NCBI GenBank assembly: GCA_038087875.1
Contig: CM075988.1
Location: forward strand, 6,262,001-6,326,000
DNA length: 64,000 nucleotides
Direction: 5' to 3'
Origin: Malacoraja senta
Lineage: Eukaryota
Positions 37,768-50,107 of this stretch are shown piece by piece. Under the pieces are notes generated by a model. The model ran no database searches and was not told the DNA's origin. It saw only the letters and a list, made by a program, of their open reading frames with translations. How positions within the stretch are numbered: position 1 is the first letter of the stretch; each line of letters opens with the position of its first letter. The position numbers were made by a program, and so were the translations under genes.

Positions 37768-38800
37768 CAATGTTACAAAATTTTGAGATAAAAAAATAAA
37801 GTCTGCAATTTATCCCATCAGATAAAGCATAAAAAGAAGTTTAATTTGACACCTAATTCACTTTCATATCTTCAGTATTAAAAAGGTTATGGCCATTTTC
37901 ATACTCAGAAATTAGCATTTTGTTCCCTATTGCTTTTCCATTGACTTAACACAAAAGTTGTGATCGAGGACAGTCAAAAGCCCATATCTTTCTTAAACAT
38001 TAAGAGAACTGAAAGAAATTTTCAGTTATTATAGATTGAAGCATTCTGAAACAAATATGAAACAATCTTACTTAGATGACATGAAATTAAAGCATATAAT
38101 TAGTTAGTTACCTAATTGTAGCTAATTACAAAATTCAATTACTAGATCTAAACATCTATCAATTTCTTAAGAATAGATTAACATTTTTTAAATAGCCTAA
38201 GTGTCCAAATAACATTCACACAAGAATTCACAATATAACATAATTTTAAAATCTCATTGTCATGGATTTACAGGCCAAATGGAAGGAATTTAATGTTTAA
38301 TATCTGTAAATTAATGGGCATTTAAATCATCTTGCGAGTGAGGTTTTCTGGAACGCGATCATTTGGAACGTTGATTTGCGGTGAATTTAACCCCGTATCG
38401 GCATGAAAAATTCTGCCGTTAGTTCGGGGAAAAGAATCACCGTTTCGCATTAAAAAATATGAATTAAATGATTCTTAAGAAGCACTTTTATACAAAAACT
38501 ACTTTCGTTTACCTGTCCCGTGTGTGGAATCCGTCCCCGTTGTCGGCGTTGACGGCTTTCGAAGCTCATTTTAAAATAACTCCAGCGCTGACATTGTCGA
38601 TTTAATAAAAATAAAAAATACACAAAACACCCGTAGGAACGATTTTTCAGCAAACGCTTGCACTCCAACGAAATATAATACAGGACAAGGTAGGAGAAAC
38701 CCGCGTTTTAACCCCGCACCCCCCCCTTAAAGGTGCCAAAATCGCGCACACGGCCAGTGGCAGAATTGCAGCGCCGCTGAAGGTAAGTATTGTAACATTG
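37768..38800. mobile_element. AT-rich non-autonomous DNA-transposon-like element
   Basis: Ends caatgttacaa and ttgtaacattg are inverted. No ORF. It interrupts a Rex1-like 3' UTR (about 37705-37767 and 39838-40010). Superfamily not determined. Confidence 0.55.
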
Positions 38801-39831
38801 GGAGGAGCCATCTTGAGGAACGGCTGCAAAACAGCAGCCGTCCGTTAATTGTACTTTTTTACTACGTTTTTTTAGTTTTCTTTAAGTCTTTGTTTTTATT
38901 TATTTTGCCTTTAATGTGGGGGGATCAAGGGGAAACCACTTCCTGGTCCCTACCTGGTCGGTGAGGCAGCCTTCTCTCCGGCTGCCCATTCGACCCGTCC
39001 TCGCGGCCTACCAGCGGGCGTGGAGCGGCGTTTCCTGGCGGGAACCGCAGAGCACCCTCAGCTTCGGTGGCGGCACGGCGCTGGAGCGCTACTGTGCAGC
39101 GGAGCGGGCGATGCCTTGCCTGGGTCGCCGCGCTGGACCGACGCGCTGGAGCTCCGGTGAGCTGGACCGTCGAGCTCAACACCTCCGGGACTGGAGCGAC
39201 CATCCGCGGGCGGCGGCGCCGACTCCAACACCGGGAGCCTTGAGCTCCAAGTCGGCGCGGCCTTGTCGGCTTCAGGTGCTGCGGACGCCTGCGGGAAATC
39301 GGCCGTTCCAGCCGTAGTTACGGCCTCCGGTGAGGGATGCGGCCATTCCAGGTGGCCCAGCTGCTGGAGGACTCTCCCGACGCCGGGGCTACATCACCCG
39401 GCGAGAACGGCCAGGATCATCGGGCCTTCGTAGAGGCAATAGCGGGGGCTTCATTTGGCCTGACTTTTTTGGGGTGAACTGGGGCTGGGGACTGGACATT
39501 GTGCCTTCCCCCACAATGGAAATCACTGTGGGGGGATGATTTTTGTATGTAATTGTTTGTAATTGTATTTGTTAGTCTGTGTTCAAGATGGCGGTCGGAG
39601 GGGAGAGTGGACGCTGGCGTTAAATTGCCGCTGCTCTCTCCTCAAGTTGTGCTTCTGATTTTCTTTTTTTTTGTGTTTTTGGAAGGAATTCTGTCCCTGA
39701 TTTATGTATTGGTCTTTATAACCTATTTTTTTAAAATTCTGATTATATGTTTTCTATAAATCTCTGTATGGTGTCCTTGAGACCTCGGTATAAGGCGCCC
39801 GTAAATAAAATCCATTATTATTATTATTATT
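38801..39831 (+). mobile_element. GC-rich non-coding retroposon with L2-like tail
   Basis: CpG-rich body ending gtgtccttgag..aaggcgcc..aaataaaat(att)n. Confidence 0.65.
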
Positions 39832-40520
39832 ATACCTACATTGCACTTTATCTGCTTATTTATGCATGTATATATATATTCAATGGTCTATGGTCACACT
39901 GATCTGTTCTGTATTTATTAATGCCTACTATATTCTGTTGTGCTGAAGCAAAGCAAGAATTTCATTGTCCTATCTGGGACACATGACAATAAACTCTCTT
40001 GAATCTTGTATTTTGTATCTTGAATTCCAGATATCAAAAAAAACGTTCCCTCGAGTCCTCTTTAAATCTCCTCCTTCTCACCTGAAACCTATGCCCTCTT
40101 GTATTTAACATTCCGACCATGAGAAAAAGATTCTGACCCACATCTCCCACGGTCTTACGGACTTCTATCAGGTCACCCCTCTGCCTCCTTAGCTCCAGGT
40201 CAAACAAGCCCAGGGTTCCAATCTCTCTCTGCAACTATAGGCCTCGCACACACCAACATCCTGGTGAAACTCCACGACAACCGCATTCTTAAAGTCAACA
40301 GCAATCATCAGTATAGAAAAAAACTCAAAATGCTCTGTCTTGTTCCAACCTGACACGCGGGCGGCATGGTGGTGCAGCGGTATAGTTGCTGCCTTACAGC
40401 ACCAGAGACCCAGGTTCGATCCTGACTACCGGTCTGTTTCCACGCTGTATCTTTAAACTAAACTAAACAAAACACTCTCTTACCCTGTTGCATTCTCACA
40501 GGGTAAGAGGAGCCCAAATA

Positions 40521-40790
40521 TTATAACAGAATCTTGCACCTCATATTTTGTTTGCGCAGCTTACAACCCAACAGTATGAATATTGATTTTTCTAACTTCA
40601 CGTAACCCTTCCATCCCTTCTCTCGCCGGTTCTCCCCCACCCCTTGTTGTCCTACTGGTGTCACTGTCGTCCTGCTGAGTTTCACTGTTTGTATCCACTC
40701 GTTATAACCTTCTCCACAGCCAACAATGGACCATTGTGGGCTCCACAATTCCTTGATCATCGTTGTGGGCTTTGATTTGTCCTTTTTGGT
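40521..40790 (+). mobile_element. Penelope-like element 3' fragment
   Basis: HLIFCLRSLQPNSMNIDFSNF C-terminus and the UTR motif acaatggaccattgt. Confidence 0.78.
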
Positions 40791-40904
40791 TGTCAAAGAA
40801 TTGCAGCAGGATCTTGATCAGTTGGGCAGTTGTGGGCTGAGGAATAGTTGATATGTGGAGAAGGGTTCAATATAGGGAAGTTGGGTGGGAAGTCTTACCA
40901 GGGC

Positions 40905-41395
40905 TCCATCATCATCATCGGCGGTCACTCGAAACGAGTATGACTCCTCTCCTCTCCATAGGGTCGTCCACTTGTGGGTCCGCAGATGTCTGTAGAGGCC
41001 GATCCGTGATCCACACACCTTGGTGCAACGTGGGCAGTGGAGACTGGCGGTGGTTGGTAGTCGTCGGGCCCCCTTCTCTCTCTCCTTACGGTGCTGTCGC
41101 TTTGTCTCTGCGACACAGCGTAGTTCAATTTCGTGACGTGTAGCTCCTTCCTGCACGGATTTCCTCCAGGAGCGCCTGTCCAGTACAATGTGCTCCCAGT
41201 TGCTCGATGTGAAGTGGAATTTCTTCAGACTGTTCTTGATGTTGTCCTTGAAGCGTTTCTTTGGCCCGCCGGGGGCTCGCCGACCTTCCTTCAGTTGAGA
41301 GTACAGGGTTTGTTTAGGGAGACGTGTGTTGGACATGCGGATGACATGGCCAGTCCATCAAAGTTGGTGCTGCATTATTGTGATGGTGGTGCTGG
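40905..41395 (-). mobile_element. RTE (BovB-like) LINE 3' end inserted in a CR1 fragment (about 40790-41965)
   Basis: GHVIRMSNTRLPKQTLYSQLKEG.R..GGPKKRFKD and zinc finger CPRCTKVCGSRIGLYRHLRTH; (gat)n tail. Confidence 0.9.
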
Positions 41396-42344
41396 TCATG
41401 TTGGCTTCCTCACCAGGACATACACGGTGAATGGCAGGGCTCTGGGGAATGTCGTAGAGCAGAGGGAACTAGGAGTGCAGGTACATAGTATCTTGAAAGT
41501 GGCTTCACAGGTGGATAGGTTGGTCAAGAAGGCTTTCTGCATATTGGTCTCCATCAGTCAGAATATTAAGAATGGGAGTAAATCAGTGGGACAGGCAGCA
41601 TCTCTGGAGAGAAGGAGAATGAGAAGTGATTTTGTAGAGGTGTATAAGATCATGAGAGGAATAAACAGGGTAATAGATTATTTTACCCAGAGTAGCGGAA
41701 TGAAGAATCAGAGGACATAGATTAAGATGAAGGGGGGAAAGATTTAATAGGAACCTGAGGAGCAACCTTTTTTCACAGAGGGTTGTGGGTGTATGGAACA
41801 AGTTGAGGTAGGGACTATCACAATGTTTAAAAAATACTTGGACAGGTATATGGATAGGACAGATTAGAGGGATATGGGCCAAATTCAGGAGGTGGGACTA
41901 GTGTCGATAAGGGTATATTGGTTGGCATGGGCAAGTTGGGATGAAGGGCCTGTTTCCATGATGTATGTCTCTCTCACACTGACTTAGAGATGGCTGAAGA
42001 AAGACCATAAATTGGTTAACAGGCAAGTGGGTAACTGCGGGCAGCAGTGATACAGCGGGTAGGTCGGTAGCTGCAGAGCTCCAGAGAACCAGCCTCGACT
42101 CTGACCTCCAGGGCTGCCTTGTGAAGTTTGTGATCACATAGTTTACTCCTGGGTTTCACCCTAAAAGTCACTTGGACAGGTACATTGGATAGGAAAGGTT
42201 TAAAGAGATATGGATCAAATGTAGGCTAATGGGACTAGTTAAGATGGGCATCTTGTTGGCATGGATGGGTTTGGCCCCAGCGCCTGTTTCTGTGTTGTAT
42301 GATCTATGACTCATTGGCACCAGGAGTTAAATCTATCCATGGTG

Positions 42345-42757
42345 TATGAGTTCATAAGTTCATAAATCATAGGAGCAGAATTAGGCCATTCAGCCCATCG
42401 AGTCTACTCCGCCATTCAATCATGGCTGGTCTGTCATTCTGTCTTATCCCCATTCTCCTACCCCTGACCTTTGACACCCTTGACCCTAAACAAGGATCCG
42501 TCAATCTCCACCTTAAAAATACCCAATGACGGCCTCCACAGCCGTCTGTGGCAATGAAGTCCACAGATTCACCACCCTTTAACTTAAGAAATTTTTCCTC
42601 ATCTCCTTCCTAAAGGTACGTCCTTTTATTCTGAGGCTGTGCCCTCTGGTTCTGGACTCTCCCACTAGTGGAAACATCCCCTCCACATCCACTCTATCCA
42701 TGCCTTTTGCTATTCGGTAAGCTTCAATGAGGTGCCCCCTCATCCTTCTAAACTCAA
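42345..42757 (-). mobile_element. CR1 LINE 3' fragment
   Basis: LEFRRMRGHLIE..GESRTRGHSLRIKG plus UTR. Confidence 0.9.
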
Positions 42758-43454
42758 GGGACATGCAGATAAGTTTGAAGAATGTAACATGATCATCTCT
42801 GTGAAGTTAACTATGAAAGTAACAGAGTTGGCTCACAATATGGAATAATTGTTGCTCAACGGAACGTATAGTGTATGGAAGCTTGGGTCACCAGCCAGTG
42901 GATCAATCCTCAGTCCAGACGACCCCCTTGCCTCTCAGTGTCATGGCAGCCTGGAGACTTCAATCCGGAATAACTACATTTGCTGAAAACTATCCACGGA
43001 GATTCCCATGGTCGTGCTTTGCTCTCAAGATCCGAAACATATGCACCATTCAGTTCCCTCTCTGTAATCTCCATAAAATCTACGGCCTTGCCGAAAGAGA
43101 GCGCCTCGCTGCTGCCTATAAATCGTGGTGCCCCACTGTCTCGACTGGATGGAACAGAAATGCTGCATCCCTATTGAAACAGAAGAGGGGAAGATCTCGC
43201 CAGGACCCAAGCAAATTTTTAATCCTCAGTTACATCAACAAAATAGATTAGCCCCAGGCCATTAGGGAGTTCCACGTCTATAAATTGTCTCTCGTGTTTC
43301 CTGCCTCAAGAAAAACATATGTACATCATTGCTATAAAATGATTAGAGAAACACTGAGGCCAGGTGAGTGCAAAGCTTCTTGTTATTTCCTTGTAAACCT
43401 CAGTCTTGGTGCTCATCCATAACTTGGCCCTGACTCTCCTTTCCTTCTGCGTAC

Positions 43455-43625
43455 GAAGGAACTGCAGATGCTGGTTTGCACCGAAGACAGACACAAGATG
43501 TTGGAGTAACTCAGCGGGTCAGGCAGCATCTCTGCAGAAGGATCTCAACGCGATACGTCACCTATTCCTTTTCTCCAGAGATGCTGCCTGACCCGTTGAG
43601 TTACTCCAGCACTTTGTGCCTGTCT
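43455..43625. mobile_element. Penelope-derived inverted terminal-repeat pair (centre deleted)
   Basis: Arms ggagtaactcagcgggtcaggcagcatctctg and cagagatgctgcctgacccgttgagttactcc. Confidence 0.75.
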
Positions 43626-44174
43626 CCTTTTCTTCTGAATGATATGAGGATCTTGAACACTGAACAACACTATCCACTACCTCAGCGACCAAGTTAGGTT
43701 AAGTTAGAAGGACACAAAGTACTGGAATAACTCAACAGGTCAGGCATATAATCATGGATCACAGAGCGTGATGTGGAGCCACAAATGTAACAATGAATTT
43801 TAACCCAAATGAATAGGGAACAGTTCTAGCCTCTACTCAGCCCGTTGCAAAGTGATGCATTTTGGGAACTTCGAAAAGTTCATAAGTCATAGGAGCAGAA
43901 TTAGTCCATTCGGTCCATCAAGTCTACTCTGCCATTTAATCATGGCTAATCTATCTTTCCCTCTCAACCCCATTCTCCCACCCTTCGCCCCATAACCCAT
44001 GCCACTTTCAACCAGACTTGAACCAGGCCTGTACATACACAGTACATGGCAGAAGAATTTTTTATTGAACAGTGAGATCTTGCAGTACAAATATACAGAT
44101 TGCTGAAAGTGCCAGACAGACAAAGTGGTGAAGAAGGTATATGATTAAGTGTTTAAGAAGGAACTGCAGATGCT

Positions 44175-44221
44175 GGAAAAGGTCTGAAGAAGGGTTTCGA
44201 CCCGAAACGTTGCCTATTTCC
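44175..44221 (+). ncRNA. Minimal type I hammerhead ribozyme-like motif in a Penelope-derived repeat
   Basis: CUGAAGA 44184-44190, extra A, stem II GGGU-UUCG-ACCC, GAAA 44204-44207, palindromic AACGUU helix III with a GUU site, stem I GGAAA.AGGU/GCCU.A.UUUCC. Expression and activity are unknown. Confidence 0.6.
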
Positions 44222-45604
44222 TTCGCTCCATATATGCTGAGTTTCTCTAGCATTTTTGTCTAAGAAGGTATATGAGATGTCTTCATTGCCAAATATATTG
44301 GGTATATTGCTGGTGTTCTGTTGGATGTCACTCTGCAAACACATTTTTAAATACACTTTTTTAAAATGTTAAACCGTATCTTACTGAATTTTCCAGTGAA
44401 TCCAGTAAGATTAAAACAAGAGCAAGAACTGGTGGTGGTGAGTTTAATGGGAACGTTGGAAGAGGAGCCTCAGTCAGTTGAAAGGCTGTGTGGTAACCAA
44501 GACCCTGGTGAGAGCAAATAAATGTGGGAACAGTGGTCCTAGTGAGATGAAAGGAAGTACAGGAACCTGAGCCCCAGTGAGTTGGAACAGAGCATGGCAA
44601 ACGTCAGCAGTTGAGCCCAAAGGAATAAAAGTCACAAATAAAGGGACATAATTATAAAATAACAGATAAAACGGAGGTACGGATAAATGACTATTCACAG
44701 AGGTAGTGAGTTCCTGGAATTCTATACCCCAGATGTATGTGGGGTTTAGACCAATAGAACTATTGAGGGTCATGGGAAACTGGCACAGAATTGGAGTTAA
44801 GGCCAGTATAGATCAGCCATGATAATATTGAATTGCCAGAACAGGCTTGAGGGGCCGAGAGGCCTGCTCCTACTCCTCTTCATTTGTGTTCTTCCATTCT
44901 ATTGTCATTTTCTAACTCTTTTCAGGTGTATGGGATCTCGAGTGTTTTAAGAAACAAGGAGTTCTCCTGATGCTCTGGTTTCTACGTCAGAGTTAGCAGA
45001 AACTCAACCCAGCAGCCATTTTATTTTCTGCAAGTTGGACCTTACTGTGTGTAAACCAGCATCCGAGTTTCTGTAACATTGGTGTGGATCAGTGAAGGGT
45101 TTGAGTCTGAGCGCAAGCACTCCATAGATGGAAGCTACTTGGTTAAATCTGGGCAACGTGCAGATCCTTGACTCGTATTACCTCAAGTTGAGGTGTTGAA
45201 ACAAAGATAGGATGGAAATCGTCAAAGTATTTAAAGATCAAAGTAAAGACTTGCTGAGCAAGTCCCGTACTCCCGTAACCCCGCTCAGAGTTCTGTGCAA
45301 AGGGGCAAGAGTTCGAACGATTCGCCAAACATATTGAAATGACTCTTTCCGACAATATGCATAATGATTTTATTTTCTGTTTTTGAAGTATCCAGTGGAG
45401 CAAAGTACCAGATGCTTCCTGAATATCCTTCGAATTATTGGCCTCTCTTTCCCTTTAAAGTTATTTTAAACAAAAGCACATTTTCTCCTCCCAGCAATCC
45501 CTCGCTGGACTAACAGATGCTGCGTGCCGTTTGCAGGAGGTGGGAGGGAGGGGTTGCGGAGAAGTAAGGAGAGAAGCTTGAGTCAATGGAGTGTCTTTAC
45601 CAAA

Positions 45605-45835
45605 CTGTGGGTGCTGTCCTTACAGAGTTTGTACGTTCTCCCTGTGACCGTGTCGGTTTTCTTCGGGTGCTCCGTTTCCTCCCACACGCCAAAGACGTCC
45701 AGGTTTGTAGGCTAATTGGTCTCTGTAAATTGTCCCTAGCGCATAGGGTAGAACTAGTGTTCAGGGTGGTCGCTGGTCAGTGTGGACTCGGTGGGCCGAA
45801 GGTCCTGTTTCCACGCTGCATCTATAAAACTAAAA
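45605..45835 (+). mobile_element. HE1/V-SINE-like element, 5'-truncated
   Basis: V domain and tail. Confidence 0.85.
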
Positions 45836-46004
45836 AACGGAAAATTAAATATAGGAAACATCACTAGCCCGTCACTGTGTACAGAGGACACTGTCACCAG
45901 GTACAGAGCTGCACTCTGCCACTGGATACAGAGGATGTAGTGTCTGCCTGCCACTAGATACAGAGGAAACTGCCCCTGTTAGTCACTGGGTGCAGAGTAC
46001 ATCC

Positions 46005-46280
46005 AGTAGGGATAGGCCATTTAGGACTAAGATGAGGAAAAACTTTCCCCCCCAGAGAGTTGTGAATCTGTGGAATTCTCTGCCACAGAAGGCAGTGGAC
46101 GCCAATTCACTGGATATATTCAAGAGAGAGTTAGATAGAGCTCTTAGGGCTAACAGAATCAAGGGTTATGGGGAGAAAGCAGGAATGGGGTACTGATTCT
46201 GGATGATCAGCCATGATCATATTGAATGGCTCGAAGGGGCGAATGGCCTACTCCTGCACCTATTTGCTATGTTTCTATCT
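46005..46280 (+). mobile_element. CR1 LINE 3' fragment
   Basis: RPFRTKMRKNF..IKGYGEKAGMGY plus UTR. Confidence 0.9.
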
Positions 46281-46546
46281 CTCTAACACTGGGCATATAG
46301 GAAACTTCACCAGCCTGTCACCAGATACAGAGGGCACTGCACCCGTCTGTCCATGCATGCAGCAAACACTCCACCCCTCTGACACTGGGTACACAGAAAG
46401 CTGCCCTTGGTGATCACTGCGTACAGAGGACACTGTGCCCAATTGTCACTGGATACAGAGGGAACCAACACCCGACTATCACTGGGTACAGAGCACTGCA
46501 TCACCCTCACTGGATACAGAGTAAACTGCGCCCGTCTGTCAGTGGG

Positions 46547-47241
46547 CAGTGGGTGGAAATCCCAGGGGAGGACAGGGGGACATGCCCCCCCGCCCATGTT
46601 ATGAGAGGTGGGGGACAATCCCCCTCCCATGATTTGTAATCCATATTTTAAAACTCGGTAAAAAAAATCTATTAAAAATCTCCGCTTTCCGCGAGACAGT
46701 GGGGGTGGGACTGATGATCGAGGGCGCCGATTGGACGAGAGACTCGTCGGTCAGCAGGCAGTGGGTGGGGGGAGGGCGGGACATGATGATTCCGCGCGAT
46801 GATTGGAGGAGGAAGGTGTCAGTCAGAGGCGGAGGTAGGGGAGGTGGGACTGAGGATAGAGCGCGGTGATTGGAGGAGGGAGACGTCTGTGGAGCAAAGA
46901 TCATAGAGCAGAGCTTGAATCGGCCCGTTCGCGGGGCCTTTCATCGCCCGGCCCGGCGAGGTCGGCCGTGGGATCTTCCACCGCCCCGCGGTCAAATTAC
47001 TGCATCAGGGCGATCGAGGCTCCCGATGTTGAAGCCTCCACGAACGGGCCGATTCAAGCCCCACGATTCGGGGCGGACGAAGCTGCTGTTGCTGGAGTTT
47101 GGAGTCAGTCACCAACCGGGTCAGCTCCCGATGTTACCGTCCACAGGGCCCTTGGCCGAAGCCTCGCGTGTGTGCGCATGCGCTCGCGGCCGCCAAGAAA
47201 TTGTGTCCCCCCCCATGTTTTGATAGCGATTTCCATGCCTG
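46547..47241. mobile_element. TIR-bounded GC-rich non-autonomous DNA transposon (possibly hAT-like)
   Basis: Ends cagtgggtggaaatc and gatttccatgcctg; subterminal ggggaca/tgtcccc motifs. No clear 8-bp TSD (tggg on both sides). Confidence 0.65.
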
Positions 47242-47439
47242 TGGGTAGGAATGACACTGTGCCAGCCTCTAACTGGGTACAGAGGTAGCCGTGCCAGTCT
47301 ATCACCTGGCACAGAGGACACTGCCCACATCTGCCACTGGATACAGAGGAAACTCCCCATGATAGCCAGTGGAGAGAGAGCACACTGCGTATGTAGGAAA
47401 CTTCACCAGTGTGCCTGGATACAGACAACACTGGCTGCA

Positions 47440-47970
47440 CCATAGACAGCGTGGGATGTATCACAGCTTGGTTTGGGAACAGCTCCGTCCAAGACCCCAA
47501 GAAATTGCAGTAAATTGTGGACGCAGCACAGACCATCACACAAACCAACCTCCCTTCCATTGACTCGATTAATACCCCACGCTGCCTCGGCAAGGCCAGC
47601 AGCATAATCAAGGATGAGTCTCACCCTGGTCACTCCCTCTTCTCCCCTCTCCCATCAGGCAAAATATATAGAAGTGTGAAAACGCACACCTCCAGATTCA
47701 GGGACAGTTTCTTCTCAGCTGTTATCAGGCAACTGAACCATCCTAACACAACTAGAGACTACTGCTGAACTACTAACTACTTCATTGGTGACCCTCGGAC
47801 TATCTTTGATCGAACTTTACTGGCTTTACCTTGCACTAAATGTTATTCCCTTATCGTACATCTATACTGTGAATGGCTCGATTGTAATCAGATATAGCCT
47901 TTCCGCTGTCTGGGATAGCACGAAACAAAAGCTTTTCACTGTACCTCGTGACAATAAACTGAAACTGAAC
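47440..47970 (+). mobile_element. Rex1/Babar LINE 3' end
   Basis: CITAWFGN..KKLQ.IVDAAQTI..KASSIIKDESHPGHSLFSPLPSG..RFRDSFF plus UTR and tail. Confidence 0.9.
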
Positions 47971-48119
47971 TGCGCGCGTCTGTCACTGGGTACAGAGGGC
48001 GTTGCAGTGGCCCGTCGCTGTGCACACGGATGTGACTACCAGAGCGAAATGCCCTTCTGCAGTGAATAACCCAGTGGCAGTAACAGTCAGCTGGACCAAG
48101 CTGCTGCTACGCCCACACT

Positions 48120-48563
48120 CTGCCCCTTTGCTGGGGTTATGTCTGTGCCCGAGTGGTACTAGAGAGGGTCTACGCGCTGTCCACGGGTGGGATTTCCGGG
48201 ACCGTTGGGCACTGCGGGGGGGATGGAATGTATCCTCAATAAGGATGGGGAATTAGTAATTTAATTCAGGAATATTTGCTTTACCCTGTATTATGGTGGT
48301 GGTTTATAGACAATAGACAATAGGTGCAGGAGTAGGCCATTCGGCCCTTCGGGCCAGCACCGCCATTCAATGTGATCATGGCTGATCATCCACAAACAGT
48401 ACCCCATTCTCCCCATATCCCCTGACTCCGCTATCTTTAAGAGCCCTATCTAGCTCTCTCTTGAAAGTATCCAGAGAACCGGCCTCCACTGCCCTACTGT
48501 GCAGTACTGTGCATGTCATTTTTGTAAATAATTGATTTAAATTATTTTTGGTTAAAAAAAAAA
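48120..48563 (+). mobile_element. Tx1/L1-like 3' end interrupted by a CR1 tail (about 48305-48495, minus)
   Basis: Homologous to 15395-15965; ends in an A run. Confidence 0.7.
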
Positions 48564-49047
48564 CACTCTGCCCTGCTCAGCTTATTGCTCATCTCTCCTT
48601 CCAGCTGGAGAGGAAACCTCAGCCACCAACCCGTCCCCATGTGTTTGTCCATTGTAAATTCACATCTGTTTTTGAACAGTCTCATTAGGCTCCAAATCAC
48701 CATGTCTAAACAGATTGCAGAGTGCCAGGGGCCTGGGGATGTAATGATGATCTAACCCTGAGGCTGTGATGTAAATAGAGCCCTGCGACTTTCAAAAGCC
48801 TATTATTCAAAATATTGAAACGAGACAAATTGAATAATTGACCTACTTCCCATCACTAAGAAGTTTATTTAGAAACGTTTAAACCCATTTACTTGGACAC
48901 TTTATTATTATGCTGCTGATATGTGGATGCTCCATTGATTTATCATCTCCCCAACCAAATGGTTCCTCTGGAATACTCTGAGCAATCTGTACCGGCCACG
49001 GTCATCGCCACTGAAAGTTTTTTCCCCCCAATATATCGAAACTGGTG

Positions 49048-49790
49048 ATAGACACAAAATGCTGGAGTAATTCCGTTTCAGTTTCAGTCTAGTTTACTGT
49101 CACGTGTACCGAGGTACAGTGAAAAGCTTTTGTTGCGTGCTAACCAGGCCGCAGAAAGACATGATTACAATCGAGCCATCCACAGTGTACAGATACATGA
49201 TAAGGGAATAACGTTTAGTGCAAGGTAAAGCCAGCAAAGTCCGATCAAAGATAGTCCGAGGGTCACCGACGAGGTGGATAGTAGTTCAGGATTGTTCTCT
49301 GGTTGTGGTAGGATGATTCGTTTGCCACAGCAGGTCGGGCAGCATCTCTGGAGAAAAGGAATAGGTGAAGATTCGGGTCGAGACCTTTCTTTAGACTGAG
49401 ACACACAGGGGAAACTAGAGGTATGAAAATGTAGAAAGAAGAAAAGAATGAAAGGTATGAAAAGAATAAATCAAAGCCAGCAACGATGATCAAGGAAAGG
49501 TGGAGCCCACAATGGTCCATTGTTGGCTGTGAAACTGGTGATAATGAGTGGATACAAAGTAAGCAGGACAACGGGGAGGGACGGAGAGAGAGGGAATGCA
49601 AGGGTTACTAGAAATATTGTATTATTGAAATATTATAAAAATTACCAAGCAAAATATGAGGTTCCCCCAGTTTGCGTTTAGCCTCACTCTGATAGTGGAG
49701 GAGTTTCACAACACAAAGGTCAGTGTGGGAATGGGAAGGGGAGTTAAAGTGTTTGGCAACCGGGAGATCGCGTAGGCCAAGGCGGGCAGA
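49048..49790 (-). mobile_element. Penelope-like 3' end interrupted by a Rex1 tail (about 49075-49320)
   Basis: Terminal repeat, acaatggtccattgt UTR and GIY-YIG remnant on the minus strand. Confidence 0.72.
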
Positions 49791-50107
49791 GCAAAGGTGG
49801 ATTGAGTTTCAGCCAAGTTTCTTCGCAAGCTTCCAGCCACTGCCTTGTACTCTGGGGCTAAAACCCTGACATAGAATATGGAAAGTAGAACAGAATAGTA
49901 CAAAACAGGCCGGTTGGCCCATAAATGCAGGCTCAGCATGATTTTGAGGAGACAGTGGCAAGAGCTGCTAATTCTACTAACATCTTACCTAAACAAGTTT
50001 GCTGCACTTAATTAAAGCAACCCACAGTGGCACAGCAAGTAGAGTTGTTCCAGTTTGATCTTAACCTCCGTTGCAGCCTGTATTGGGGAAAAAAGATACA
50101 GTGCTGG

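Larger units (their letters stand above)
45865..48000. repeat. Degenerate 30-35 bp minisatellite (core gtcactgggtacagagg) broken by three insertions
   Basis: Units at about 45865-46000, 46285-46546, 47242-47440 and 47975-48000. Confidence 0.75.

Noticed and set aside
42760..45600. Unique stretches with short ORFs (42871-43251, 45143-45403) and an acceptor-like site near 44926
   Set aside because: No recognisable protein similarity or matching donor site; cannot be called exons from sequence alone.
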